Shown here in pieces: positions 10,786 through 19,724 of a stretch of 64,000 bases of DNA. Every line of letters starts with the position of its first letter. The stretch's first letter is position 1. The DNA is from a virus. The stretch spans positions 32,001 through 96,000 of IMG/VR virus record IMGVR_UViG_3300035670_000055, one strand, 5' to 3'. The translations under genes and the position numbers were made by a program. The notes under the pieces were generated by a model that saw only the letters and a list, made by a program, of their open reading frames with translations, ran no database searches and had not been told where the DNA came from.

Positions 10786-12314
10786 TAAGTTTACATCACG
10801 AAATATTTGGAAGGCAGCTAAATGGATTATTTAAAATACCTTTTTTAAATTCAAATATGGTTAGTATTGGTATTAGTACACGTTATGGGGATATTATTGT
10901 AAAGCATTTAGATAACTCTATCATTAATTATACAACACTTAAATTTACAGACTTATCAAATCTAAGTAATTATAATACATTTAATCAAGTATATTCTAAC
11001 ATATATACAGGAGATTTAGAAGTAACAACATTAAATGGAAATTCAGATGTATATAGTATTGCTTTCTATTCAGATAATGGAGCAATAAATGAAAATAGAT
11101 ATAATATACAAGACATAGGGTTATTTTATGCGCAATTTCCAAGTTTGTATAGTATTAGATATTATATATTTTATGCTCAAGATGATACTAAAAGAGCTAC
11201 AATAAAAGGGAATATGTGTAAGATAGGCGCGTCTGTTGAAATAGTTAATATAGAAACGTTTGACGTTTTAAATAGAACTAACGATGTTTGGGGTAATATA
11301 GACGAAATGCCAATTAATTCACAATTAAAATACTGGAAAGACACAAATACAGCATGGGGGTTTAGATATTTTGGAAATTTAGCCAACTTGCCTATAAGTA
11401 TAAACTATTTTGCAATTTCGGGGTTAATTAATTCAAGTTTCACTTATACAGCAGGTAGAACATGGGCTTCCTCTTTCGATACTTTAGACTTAGGAAATGC
11501 AAGTTTATCACCAGCAGATACTGACAATCTACTCAATGATATGGCTAATTCTATTACTACTGCAATAGGTAGTAAAGTGATAAGATTAGCTAATTGTTAT
11601 AGAACACAAGCAAGTGACACAGCAGTTGCTTATTTGCAAAGTTTAGGGTTTACAATTACTGTTTTAGGTATTAGCTCTAAAATTTTAGATTTACCACTGC
11701 AAAATAATTTTACAGATACTACTGGCATTAACACAATGGTAGCAGGTGGTACTTCTAATTTACCAACTTTCACATTAGAAGGTGGAGAATATGCAGCGAC
11801 TTTTAACGGTTCGCAATCATTAAAAACGAACGCTAATTTTGTTATAAATAGTGATAAAATTTCTATAAGTTTTTGGATGAAAACAAGTCAGACAGGAATT
11901 GCTGTTTTGCAAGAGCTTTCTTCAAATTCTGATAATAAAAATGCATTTGCAACAGCTATTAATGTAGAGTATGCTAATAAATTTAGTATGCAAAACAAAA
12001 AAACATCAAACTCTGTTTATAATGCCGTCTATTCAACATCTACAATTAATCAAAATAGTTGGCATCACGTGTGCGTAGTTTCAGATAGATATTTAAACGG
12101 AAATAATGAAACTAAAATATATGTAGATAATGTTTTAGCTAATGTTGTTTTTAACAATTTTGATTCATCAGGAAATTATATTAATGATATTCTATATATA
12201 GGGCAAAGAGGTGGAAGTTCTTTAGGCTTCAATGGTCAAATGAAATTCTTAAAAATCTTTAATTATCCGCTTTCAACAACAGAAATAACAAATCTTTTTA
12301 ATAAAACAATGTAA
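10782..12314 (+). CDS. Putative adhesin/receptor-binding protein with C-terminal LamG/ConA-like domain
   Basis: ISISFWMK...SWHHVCVV...KIYVDN...LYIGQR...FNGQMKFLKIFNYPLS is a LamG signature. ATGA overlap with the upstream gene. Confidence 0.7.
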   Translation: MISLHHEIFGRQLNGLFKIPFLNSNMVSIGISTRYGDIIVKHLDNSIINYTTLKFTDLSNLSNYNTFNQVYSNIYTGDLEVTTLNGNSDVYSIAFYSDNGAINENRYNIQDIGLFYAQFPSLYSIRYYIFYAQDDTKRATIKGNMCKIGASVEIVNIETFDVLNRTNDVWGNIDEMPINSQLKYWKDTNTAWGFRYFGNLANLPISINYFAISGLINSSFTYTAGRTWASSFDTLDLGNASLSPADTDNLLNDMANSITTAIGSKVIRLANCYRTQASDTAVAYLQSLGFTITVLGISSKILDLPLQNNFTDTTGINTMVAGGTSNLPTFTLEGGEYAATFNGSQSLKTNANFVINSDKISISFWMKTSQTGIAVLQELSSNSDNKNAFATAINVEYANKFSMQNKKTSNSVYNAVYSTSTINQNSWHHVCVVSDRYLNGNNETKIYVDNVLANVVFNNFDSSGNYINDILYIGQRGGSSLGFNGQMKFLKIFNYPLSTTEITNLFNKTM

Positions 12315-12315
12315 T

Positions 12316-12801
12316 ATGAGCGAAATAGCAATTATAAGCACAAGAGAAGTCATTTATGAATCTTCTTTACAGAAATCAGGAAAAATAAAAGTTACTTTAA
12401 AAATATCTCAAAATTTTGGCACGTGGAATTTAGATGTCAAATATTTTGGGGTAGAAAAAGCAACAGGCACTAGAACTGCACTTGTAGAAACAGGCGTTAA
12501 TGAAGAAACTCTAGAGCCTATCTATGATACAGTAGAAGAAAGTTATGAGTATTTACAACAAAATTTAGTACTTGAAAAACAATTGAATAAATCTGATGCA
12601 GAAATAGACGGTTTATTCCAATTAGTTGGTAAATCTATTTTGCCTAATGAATTTTCAGATAAATTTTTTGAAATACAATGCGATGCTTTGCTAATGTATG
12701 TAAAAAACGACTTTATAAATCCAGAAGAACAAGACGAAAATAAGAAACTTTGCATTTTTGGATTAAAACCTAATGAATGGGAAATTTTTAATAACAATTA
12801 A
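12316..12801 (+). CDS. Hypothetical protein (possible fibre-associated)
   Basis: 161-aa ORF tightly packed after the LamG gene. Confidence 0.6.
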   Translation: MSEIAIISTREVIYESSLQKSGKIKVTLKISQNFGTWNLDVKYFGVEKATGTRTALVETGVNEETLEPIYDTVEESYEYLQQNLVLEKQLNKSDAEIDGLFQLVGKSILPNEFSDKFFEIQCDALLMYVKNDFINPEEQDENKKLCIFGLKPNEWEIFNNN

Positions 12802-12802
12802 T

Positions 12803-13141
12803 ATGAATTTACTTTTATTTATAATTGCGTGGGTTTTGATACCGCCTTTAACCGTTTGGAATTTAATAATTGTAAACCGAAAATATGGCAGTACAAAAGG
12901 CTACTTTAGAAGCACAGCATTATCCATTGATATTTGGGCTAATCGTGAGTTTCGTGCCTTTTGGAACGCACAGTTAAGAACAGAAGAAGGTTATGAATTT
13001 GGAGTAATTGGCGAAACTATTTCAAGCGCACTTGGGAAAAACCAAAGAGATTGAACGCTGACCAAAAAAGGAAAAACTTTAGTCGCAATCTTAGATTTTT
13101 TAGATAAAAATCATTGTATAAAATCAATCAAAGAAATATAA
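12803..13141 (+). pseudogene. Small membrane protein interrupted by an in-frame TGA
   Basis: MNLLLFIIAW...ETISSALGKNQRD, TGA at 13052-13054, then the same frame continues TLTKKGKTLVAILDFLDKNHCIKSIKEI to TAA at 13139-13141. This completes the ETISS.LG...LD..D.NHC..SI motif of a common phage membrane-protein family. Confidence 0.75.
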
Positions 13142-13279
13142 ACAACACGCACAAACGATAAACTAATTAATCAAAATCAAATTATATGGAGTTTTTAGAT
13201 TATTTTTACTAACAATAATTGGAATTGTTTTTGTTTCTTATTGCTTTATAAAAAATACATTAAATAAATACTAAAAATA

Positions 13280-13311
13280 TTTGCATAATTAAAATTTTAT
13301 TATTAAGTTTG
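13280..13311 (+). promoter_or_regulatory. Bacteroidota sigma-A consensus promoter upstream of the lysis genes
   Basis: TTTG (13280-13283), 20-nt spacer, TAAGTTTG (13304-13311). Confidence 0.8.
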
Positions 13312-13328
13312 TAGTTATTAACTAAATA

Positions 13329-13370
13329 GCACGTAATGATTCTTAAAATAAGAATAATTACGTGTTTTTT
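13329..13370 (+). terminator. Hairpin with T-tract in the leader of the lysis operon
   Basis: gcacgtaatgattctta-aaa-taagaataattacgtgt followed by tttttt. Confidence 0.55.
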
Positions 13371-13390
13371 GTATATACGTATAAACGACT

Positions 13391-13711
13391 ATGAACAATA
13401 ATATCTTTGAAGATCAGGTTAAAAAAGAATTAAAAAATATGGACCAACGTCTCTATGAGTTGGAGGAAAAAATGACCTCTATTGACACAAAACTAAGCCA
13501 AGTTGTAGATGCTATTTTAGGAAACCCATTAACTAAATCGGGAGGTTTTATAAAAGACATCGAAATAATGAAAGAAAAAATTCAAGAATTAGAAAACAAA
13601 ATACAATTTCAAGAAGAATTTAAAAAGAAAATTACATGGACTTTTGCCATTGTTGTTACTGTTGCTCTTATTTTAGAGTATTTTGTAAATATTTATTCAA
13701 GTATAACATAA
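13391..13711 (+). CDS. Coiled-coil protein with C-terminal TM helix (lysis-associated)
   Basis: Heptad-rich N-terminus; TM segment ITWTFAIVVTVALILEYF; first gene of the lysis cluster. Confidence 0.6.
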   Translation: MNNNIFEDQVKKELKNMDQRLYELEEKMTSIDTKLSQVVDAILGNPLTKSGGFIKDIEIMKEKIQELENKIQFQEEFKKKITWTFAIVVTVALILEYFVNIYSSIT

Positions 13712-14319
13712 TGAAAATAAATTTTAATAATATATTATCTATTGCTATTCTTATATTAGCTGTAATTATTATTCTACAAAGAATTAATTCTTCTCCTGAT
13801 ATAGTAGAAAAGTCTACTATTGTTCGAGATACTGTTTGGCAGAAAAAAAATAGTGTAATATATACTTCTCCTAAAGTAGTACAGACTATTCCTGTTAAAA
13901 TAGTTAGTGAAAAATATTTACCAGATCCAAATTATGATAAACTTGTTTTGCAATATCAGGAACTAGTAAAATTACATTTAGCTAAAAATGTTCAAAAAGA
14001 TAGTGTTCAAATAGATTCTATAGGCTTTGTAAAAGTGACAGACACTGTACAAAATAATATTGTCCAAAATAGAAAATGGGAATATAATATTAAATATCCT
14101 ATTATAAAAGAAACAATTATACAACCTCCTAAAAAAGTAAATCAATTATATATTGGTGGAGGATTACAAGGAAACCAATATAATATAATTAATTCTGTAA
14201 ATGGCGGAATATTATATAAAAATAAAAAAGATCAAATATATGGACTCTCTGTAGGTATAAACACAAATGGACAAATAGTTTATGGAGTGAGTTCTTATTG
14301 GAAAATAAAATTTAAATAA
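13711..14319 (+). CDS. Membrane-anchored protein, possible spanin-like
   Basis: Likely start is the TAATG overlap at 13711 (MKINFNNILSIAILILAVIIIL). N-terminal TM, VRDTV motif, beta-rich C-terminus ending YWKIKFK. Confidence 0.55.
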   Translation: MKINFNNILSIAILILAVIIILQRINSSPDIVEKSTIVRDTVWQKKNSVIYTSPKVVQTIPVKIVSEKYLPDPNYDKLVLQYQELVKLHLAKNVQKDSVQIDSIGFVKVTDTVQNNIVQNRKWEYNIKYPIIKETIIQPPKKVNQLYIGGGLQGNQYNIINSVNGGILYKNKKDQIYGLSVGINTNGQIVYGVSSYWKIKFK

Positions 14320-14538
14320 ATGAAAAAAGTAGATTTTGGATGGAAATATTATTTTCAACCTACACCAAAAAGATTAAGAGTTTTTGGAGATAGTCTTGCT
14401 GCTGCTGGTACATTAGGAGCGAGTATTGCTGTGTTAAATGGACATCCTATTGTAGGTACAGTAGTAATGGTTATTGCTGTAATAGGTAAATTTATTTCAA
14501 ATTTTTTCATAGAAGATAAAAAAGAAGAAAATGAATAG
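14320..14538 (+). CDS. Putative holin
   Basis: 72 aa, two hydrophobic helices, charged C-terminus, overlaps the endolysin start. Confidence 0.65.
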   Translation: MKKVDFGWKYYFQPTPKRLRVFGDSLAAAGTLGASIAVLNGHPIVGTVVMVIAVIGKFISNFFIEDKKEENE

Positions 14539-15067
14539 AAAAATTATTATAAGTGCAGGACATGGAGGAACTGATTCTGGAGCTGTAGCTAATGGATACA
14601 CAGAAAGAGATTTAACTATAGAATTTAGAGAATTGTTGGTAAAAGAATTGTTATTATTAGGTGTAAAACCTTTAATTGATGATAATAAAAACGCTTTAAA
14701 ACAAACTCTAGCATGGTTAGTAGGAAAATATTCTTCTAAAGATATACTATTAGATATTCACTGGAATGCTGCTATTCCTAAAGCTAGAGGTACAGAAGTA
14801 ATTGTTCCTGATAAGCCTTCTCTATTTGAAAGTTCTTTTGCAAAAGAAATTTTAGATGTTTTTGTATCTAATGGATTTACTAGTAGAGGAGTAAAAACAG
14901 AAAGTCAAACTGCTAGAAAAAGATTAGGATGGATGAGACCTGCAGCAGAAAACATATTAATTGAAATGGCATTTTTAACAAATACATTAGATTTAGAATT
15001 ATATAAAATGGTTAAATATAAATTAGCTAAAGAATTAGCAGTTGTAATAAAAAAATCACTAAATTAA
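14531..15067 (+). CDS. Endolysin, N-acetylmuramoyl-L-alanine amidase (Amidase_3)
   Basis: SAGHGG..D.GA...E, IHWNA and ILIE zinc-amidase motifs. Confidence 0.9.
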   Translation: MNRKIIISAGHGGTDSGAVANGYTERDLTIEFRELLVKELLLLGVKPLIDDNKNALKQTLAWLVGKYSSKDILLDIHWNAAIPKARGTEVIVPDKPSLFESSFAKEILDVFVSNGFTSRGVKTESQTARKRLGWMRPAAENILIEMAFLTNTLDLELYKMVKYKLAKELAVVIKKSLN

Positions 15068-15071
15068 TTAC

Positions 15072-15102
15072 AATTAATGTAATTGAATCAATTACATTAA
15101 TT
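15072..15102. repeat. Perfect 15-bp inverted repeat with 1-nt centre
   Basis: aattaatgtaattga-a-tcaattacattaatt right after the endolysin stop; a TAAATTTG promoter box follows at 15137-15144. Confidence 0.8.
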
Positions 15103-15165
15103 TATAAATAATTACCATAGATTTATAATTATTTTATAAATTTGTGTATAATAAAAATTCATATT

Positions 15166-15303
15166 ATGAGTATACCAGCAAGACCTACTGGACAAGATCC
15201 ACAATCACAATTACTATGGCATATATCTAAACAATTAGATACGCTTATTAAAATTGTAAGTAAAAGCCCTTCTACAACTACAACAACTACCACTACAGTA
15301 TAA
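15166..15303 (+). CDS. 45-aa micro-protein with poly-Thr tail (not in ORF track)
   Basis: MSIPARPTGQDPQSQLLWHISKQLDTLIKIVSKSPSTTTTTTTTV; promoter box at 15137-15144 just upstream. Confidence 0.75.
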   Translation: MSIPARPTGQDPQSQLLWHISKQLDTLIKIVSKSPSTTTTTTTTV

Positions 15304-15390
15304 TGAGAGATGTAAAATTTATTAAGTAATCAATCAAATAGTATGATATTTCAAATTTTTTATTGTATATTTGTTAAATAAATAATAGAT

Positions 15391-15933
15391 ATGAAAAAAG
15401 AAATTTGGAAACCAGTAAAAAATTATGAATCTTATTATGAAGTTAGTAATGAAGGAAATATCAGATCAATTGAAAGAATTGTTGAACTCCCAATACATCA
15501 ATATCTTAAAAAGCAAAAAATGATAAAACAATTTAAAGATCGTCGTGGGTATTTTCATGTAAAGTTGTATAATGGACTTGGAGAATGTAAATCATTAACA
15601 ACTCATAGAATAGTTGCTTTAACTTTCATAGACAATCCAGAAGGTTTAATAGAAGTTAATCATATTGATCATAATAAGCATAATAATCATGTTGATAATC
15701 TTGAATGGATTACTAGGAGTGATAATATAAAACATTCATATATTCATAGAGATCCTAAAACTTATAAAGGCAGTGGGAATAAAAATGCTAAGTTAACAGA
15801 AGAGCAAGTTAAAAATATTAGAAAAGAATATAAAAATAATAAAATTACATATAAAGAACTTGCTTATAAAAATAATGTTGGAGTAACATTAATAGGATAT
15901 ATTGTTAATAATAAAATATGGAAACATGTCTAA
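15391..15933 (+). CDS. NUMOD4-HNH homing endonuclease
   Basis: EIWKPV..YE..YEVSN.G (NUMOD4); HRIVA..F...VNHID.NK.NN...NLEW...N (HNH); C-terminal HTH; own TATATTTG box at 15366-15373. Confidence 0.9.
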   Translation: MKKEIWKPVKNYESYYEVSNEGNIRSIERIVELPIHQYLKKQKMIKQFKDRRGYFHVKLYNGLGECKSLTTHRIVALTFIDNPEGLIEVNHIDHNKHNNHVDNLEWITRSDNIKHSYIHRDPKTYKGSGNKNAKLTEEQVKNIRKEYKNNKITYKELAYKNNVGVTLIGYIVNNKIWKHV

Positions 15934-16942
15934 ACCAATTATAATTACAGCACAGCCCGATGATCAATACTTTATTTGGCAAAATCATTTGTACATTGAA
16001 TCATGTTTAAACCAAGGATTTACTCAAGATCAAATACATATATTATTATACAAACCTAAAAATAGACAATTTAATAATAATTGGAATAAATTAAAAGATA
16101 TATATCCAGATATAAATATATTTTTATACGAAGATAAAGGAGTTCAACAATTCTTGGGAGTTTATATTCCTATACTAAGACCTCATATTCTTTGGCAGCA
16201 TTTTGAAGTTTATCCAGAATTAAAGGATAAAACAATTATTTATACAGATAGTGATATTCTTTGGTTAGATACATTAAATATAAATCATCTCTTATTAGAT
16301 AATATAAACTATGTAAGTGATGCCAGTTCTTATTTAAATTATTCATATTTTGAAAATAAATATAAACAAGTTATTCCTGAGAAATTAGAAGAGGCTAAGT
16401 CGGTAGATTTTCTAAAAGAAGTATGTAATATAGTAGGAATAGATAAAAAAATTGTAATAGATAATAATAATAACACTGGTGGAGTACAATATATTTTAAA
16501 AAATATAGATGTTGATTTTTGGAAAAAAGTTGAAACTGATGTGCTTAAAATAAGATTGTATCTTCAACAAGTAAATAAAATATATTTTAAAAGTGAGAAT
16601 GATGGCATACAATCATGGTGCGCAGATCTTTGGGCAGTACAATTTAATTTATGGTTTAGAAATTTAGAAACTAAAGTGGTAAAAGAATTAGATTTTGCTT
16701 GGGCTACAGAACCTATAGAAAAATTAAATTCTTGTACAATATTACATAATGCTGGAGTTGGAAGTAAATTTATGAATAATATTCCATATTTTTATAAAGG
16801 AGCATATCATACTGGTAATAGTCCTTTTTTAGATGAACATCTAGAAACAGTTATCAACAATGAACAATCTAAAAAACATTGTACATGGTATTATACTAAT
16901 AAATTATTAGAGTTAAAAAATAAATATAATATAAATTATTAA
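15926..16942 (+). CDS. GT-A fold glycosyltransferase, resembling peptidyl-Ser/Hyp O-glycosyltransferases
   Basis: AQPDDQYFIWQ N-terminus; IIYTDSDILW DxD motif; GGVQYI; WCADLWAV (cf. the W..EM motif of SGT1/HPAT-like enzymes); ILHNAG. Likely start MSKPIII at 15926. Confidence 0.6.
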   Translation: MSKPIIITAQPDDQYFIWQNHLYIESCLNQGFTQDQIHILLYKPKNRQFNNNWNKLKDIYPDINIFLYEDKGVQQFLGVYIPILRPHILWQHFEVYPELKDKTIIYTDSDILWLDTLNINHLLLDNINYVSDASSYLNYSYFENKYKQVIPEKLEEAKSVDFLKEVCNIVGIDKKIVIDNNNNTGGVQYILKNIDVDFWKKVETDVLKIRLYLQQVNKIYFKSENDGIQSWCADLWAVQFNLWFRNLETKVVKELDFAWATEPIEKLNSCTILHNAGVGSKFMNNIPYFYKGAYHTGNSPFLDEHLETVINNEQSKKHCTWYYTNKLLELKNKYNINY

Positions 16943-17022
16943 TAAAGATGTATTTATAATGCATGTTCCTTATTTAAGGAAGAGTGAATTTCGCTAATTT
17001 AAAAATAATAAATTTAATTAAA

Positions 17023-17202
17023 ATGAGTAACAAAACATTAAAAGCATTTGTCAGATTAGATGGACAAAATAGAGTGATTGCATCAAGTCTTATTCTTAGA
17101 AAAAATAAACCTAAGGTAGGTAGATGGAGAGAAATTGTAGCAAATGAATGCTGTATAACAAGTACAACAAGTACAACAACTGCCACATCTACAGGTAGAT
17201 AA
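17023..17202 (+). CDS. Small basic protein with Cys-Cys and Thr/Ser-rich tail
   Basis: MSNKTLKAFVRLDG...ECCITSTTSTTTATSTGR; the ATG at 17023 is the likely start. Confidence 0.7.
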   Translation: MSNKTLKAFVRLDGQNRVIASSLILRKNKPKVGRWREIVANECCITSTTSTTTATSTGR

Positions 17203-17206
17203 TATT

Positions 17207-17623
17207 ATGGAATTATCAATATTTCCAGGTAGCATGAAACCTTCTAAAGTTTCTACAGAAGGACTAACATTAGAAACGATTGCTTCTAAGTTAACTTATT
17301 TTCAAGAACAAATACATTTACTTCATTGGCAAACTAATATGTATTCTGAACATAAAGCATTAGGTGTATTGTACGAATATATACAAGACTTTAAAGATGA
17401 ATTAATAGAAAAATTAATGGGATATACAGGAAAGAAACCTGCTATATATAAACTAGAACCACTTTCTACTTCTACATCTAATGTAGTAATAGATGAATTA
17501 CTTTCTTTTGCTAAATTATTAAAAGAATACGGAGAAATGAATTGTTACCAAGATGTATGTAATTTATCAGATTCATTATCTGGAGAAGCAGCTAAAGTAA
17601 AATATTTATTAACATTAACATAG
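17207..17623 (+). CDS. Ferritin/Dps-like four-helix bundle protein
   Basis: HLLHWQT...EHKALG..YE...D.L.E and terminal K.KYLLTL, typical of phage Dps-like proteins. Confidence 0.75.
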   Translation: MELSIFPGSMKPSKVSTEGLTLETIASKLTYFQEQIHLLHWQTNMYSEHKALGVLYEYIQDFKDELIEKLMGYTGKKPAIYKLEPLSTSTSNVVIDELLSFAKLLKEYGEMNCYQDVCNLSDSLSGEAAKVKYLLTLT

Positions 17624-17629
17624 ACAAAT

Positions 17630-18457
17630 ATGCCTACATTTATAAAAACAGGACTTTGGGAAACTAGTACAACAGCACAAGTACCAAAAGGATGGTTAAA
17701 TTTAACAAAATTAATTAAAGATAATTCTGGAGGAAGTTCAGGAAATTACGTGCCTGTTATAGAGGTAACTTATGATGAATTAGTTAATTTAAAAAATACT
17801 TCTTCGTTAAAAAAAGGTCAGAATTATCTATTAACCGATTATGAAACAACTTATATACAACCAGTAACAAATGTAAATAAGAGTAGTGGAGTAGTAGAAC
17901 CTTTAATAATTACAGCAACTGACGTAGATAAACTACACAATCAATGTAAATCTACATTATACCCTCAAGATATTGTATTTTATGAAATAACAGGAGATAC
18001 GGGAGAATGGTATGGAACAGAAGGTTTCACAAAAGGTAAAATTTACAGAAGAATAGACACTAAAAAAAATAATGACATAGGTACAGATTGGAGGCATGTA
18101 AAATATGATAGAAATGGTGTAGATAAATTATTATTTGAAGATTACGCTGACGTTTATAACAACAAAATAGAAACTTATTATTTGTTCAATAATGTAATAG
18201 GAAATGGTTTCTCAAATAATATAATAGGAGATTATTTCCAAAACAATACAATAGGAATTAGTTTCCAGAATAACGGAACTACCTCAATTCCTTTAGTTTC
18301 AGCACACACCGAGTTTAGAAATAGGCTAAGTAACGTTACAAGTTCTACTGAAATTAAAAACCAAAATATAGATGTAGTAGTTTTTAACTCACCTAATGGA
18401 ACACTAAAACAAAGATATTATGACGATTCAAATAATTTAGTAATAAATAATTTATAA
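17630..18457 (+). CDS. Fibre/decoration-like protein
   Basis: IEVTYDELVNLKNTSSLKKGQNYLLTD resembles a segment of the 8362 protein; NNxIGxxF beta-helix repeats. Confidence 0.55.
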   Translation: MPTFIKTGLWETSTTAQVPKGWLNLTKLIKDNSGGSSGNYVPVIEVTYDELVNLKNTSSLKKGQNYLLTDYETTYIQPVTNVNKSSGVVEPLIITATDVDKLHNQCKSTLYPQDIVFYEITGDTGEWYGTEGFTKGKIYRRIDTKKNNDIGTDWRHVKYDRNGVDKLLFEDYADVYNNKIETYYLFNNVIGNGFSNNIIGDYFQNNTIGISFQNNGTTSIPLVSAHTEFRNRLSNVTSSTEIKNQNIDVVVFNSPNGTLKQRYYDDSNNLVINNL

Positions 18458-18486
18458 TAAAATCAATATTAGGAATAGTATAATGT

Positions 18487-18771
18487 ATGGAAGTAGTAAA
18501 GAAATTTTTTCCTAAAATAATGTCTGAAAACGACACAAATTATTTTGCACATTTGGAAGGTGTAATATCTTCAATAGATGAATTAGCTAATGTACAAATT
18601 ACTAAGAATCCACATTCTTATCAATTTAGAATAGCTCCTTCTATTCCCAGATATTCACAGCCGCTATTGCAGGAAATATTAAAATTTCATAATTTATACA
18701 AAATAAAATTAAATCTTTCTAAGAGTATAAGAACTTCTTCTACAATATTTTTTGAGATAGAGTTAAAATAA
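18487..18771 (+). CDS. Hypothetical protein
   Basis: Clean 94-aa ORF, operon-packed. Confidence 0.6.
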   Translation: MEVVKKFFPKIMSENDTNYFAHLEGVISSIDELANVQITKNPHSYQFRIAPSIPRYSQPLLQEILKFHNLYKIKLNLSKSIRTSSTIFFEIELK

Positions 18772-18810
18772 TTTTGTACATTTGTAATATAATTTTAAAA
18801 CCAAAATAAT

Positions 18811-19029
18811 ATGGCAACTTATGACCCTAGTAAAAAGTACACATGGTCTCCAGAAGACAAATTTGAATTCTCTGGAGCAGAATTTGGATTAATTCTTAAT
18901 ACATTCAGAAAAATTTTAAGTACACCAGAAGCAGAAGTAATTCTATTGGCAAATCAAGCTAATATGATTATTGAAAAAAAGATTTCTGAAGCTGTAGAGA
19001 ACGATGTAGTGAAAGAATCACAAGAATAA
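18811..19029 (+). CDS. Hypothetical protein
   Basis: 72-aa ORF preceded by a TACATTTG box (18777-18784). Confidence 0.6.
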   Translation: MATYDPSKKYTWSPEDKFEFSGAEFGLILNTFRKILSTPEAEVILLANQANMIIEKKISEAVENDVVKESQE

Positions 19030-19030
19030 A

Positions 19031-19060
19031 AATAAAGCCCTCTTAATTGAGGGCTTATTT
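19031..19060. terminator. Bidirectional intrinsic terminator at the convergence of the two transcription blocks
   Basis: aagccctc-ttaatt-gagggctt stem, A-tract on the left and T-rich on the right; the coding strand switches here. Confidence 0.85.
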
Positions 19061-19724
19061 ATTTTATAAGAAAATTAGAAGTTGATATATTATTACCATG
19101 AATATTCCAGATAATATTATCCTTGTTAGTTGTTGGAAAATGTTTTAGTCCTTTTTTCTCCCAATAAATTCTCCATAACATATCATCATTCCACCCAACT
19201 TCTTCATCAGGAATATTTAAAATACATTCTAATCCTTTTTTATTAAAAGCAAAAGTCATAGGCATGTGATAATTACTGTTATTAGGATTACCTCCTAAAT
19301 TATCATAATTTCTATCTGTAAACATAAATATTCCATTCAGTTGTGTAGAAATTCTAGAAGAAGTGGTAGATATATCTGGATTATTTGTAAATGTTTCTAC
19401 GACATTTTTTACATAATCCTTTTTGTATATATCGTCATCATCCATCTTAATAAATATATCATACTGTTCATAATTTGGTACATTTTTTATAGCAAGTATT
19501 TCATTAAAGTGAATATACTTATTTCCTGATTTTGTTACTATTAATTTATCATCTAATAAATCATCGTATATAGGAGAGAAGTTTTGATCATTCCCTCCAT
19601 CTGATACAATGTTTACACTATGTACAATATTCTGATAAGACTGATTCTTTACATTAAGAATACATTGTCTTAACATATATGGTCTATTGTATGAGCATGT
19701 AAAAATTAAAACTTTCATTACCAA
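19059..19724 (-). CDS. Glycosyltransferase family 2-like
   Basis: IFTCSYNRP...CI..V.NQSY; FIKMDDDDIY; W.DD acceptor region. Confidence 0.8.
   Translation of the reverse strand: MVMKVLIFTCSYNRPYMLRQCILNVKNQSYQNIVHSVNIVSDGGNDQNFSPIYDDLLDDKLIVTKSGNKYIHFNEILAIKNVPNYEQYDIFIKMDDDDIYKKDYVKNVVETFTNNPDISTTSSRISTQLNGIFMFTDRNYDNLGGNPNNSNYHMPMTFAFNKKGLECILNIPDEEVGWNDDMLWRIYWEKKGLKHFPTTNKDNIIWNIHGNNISTSNFLIK

Noticed and set aside
8362-12314. Diversity-generating retroelement targeting the Asn-rich fibre genes
   Set aside because: No reverse transcriptase in the window and no TR/VR repeat pair noticed by eye.
16-12797. Short - strand ORFs inside the large + strand genes (and + strand ORFs inside - strand genes further on)
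   Set aside because: Antisense shadows fully overlapping well-supported genes, with no motifs.
13186-13260. Possible small membrane ORF starting MEFLDYF
   Set aside because: It stops after a few codons; at most a gene remnant that cannot be called.
15304-15933. Group I intron around the NUMOD4-HNH gene
   Set aside because: The flanks are short and AT-rich with no room for P3-P9 elements, and the downstream gene has its own start.
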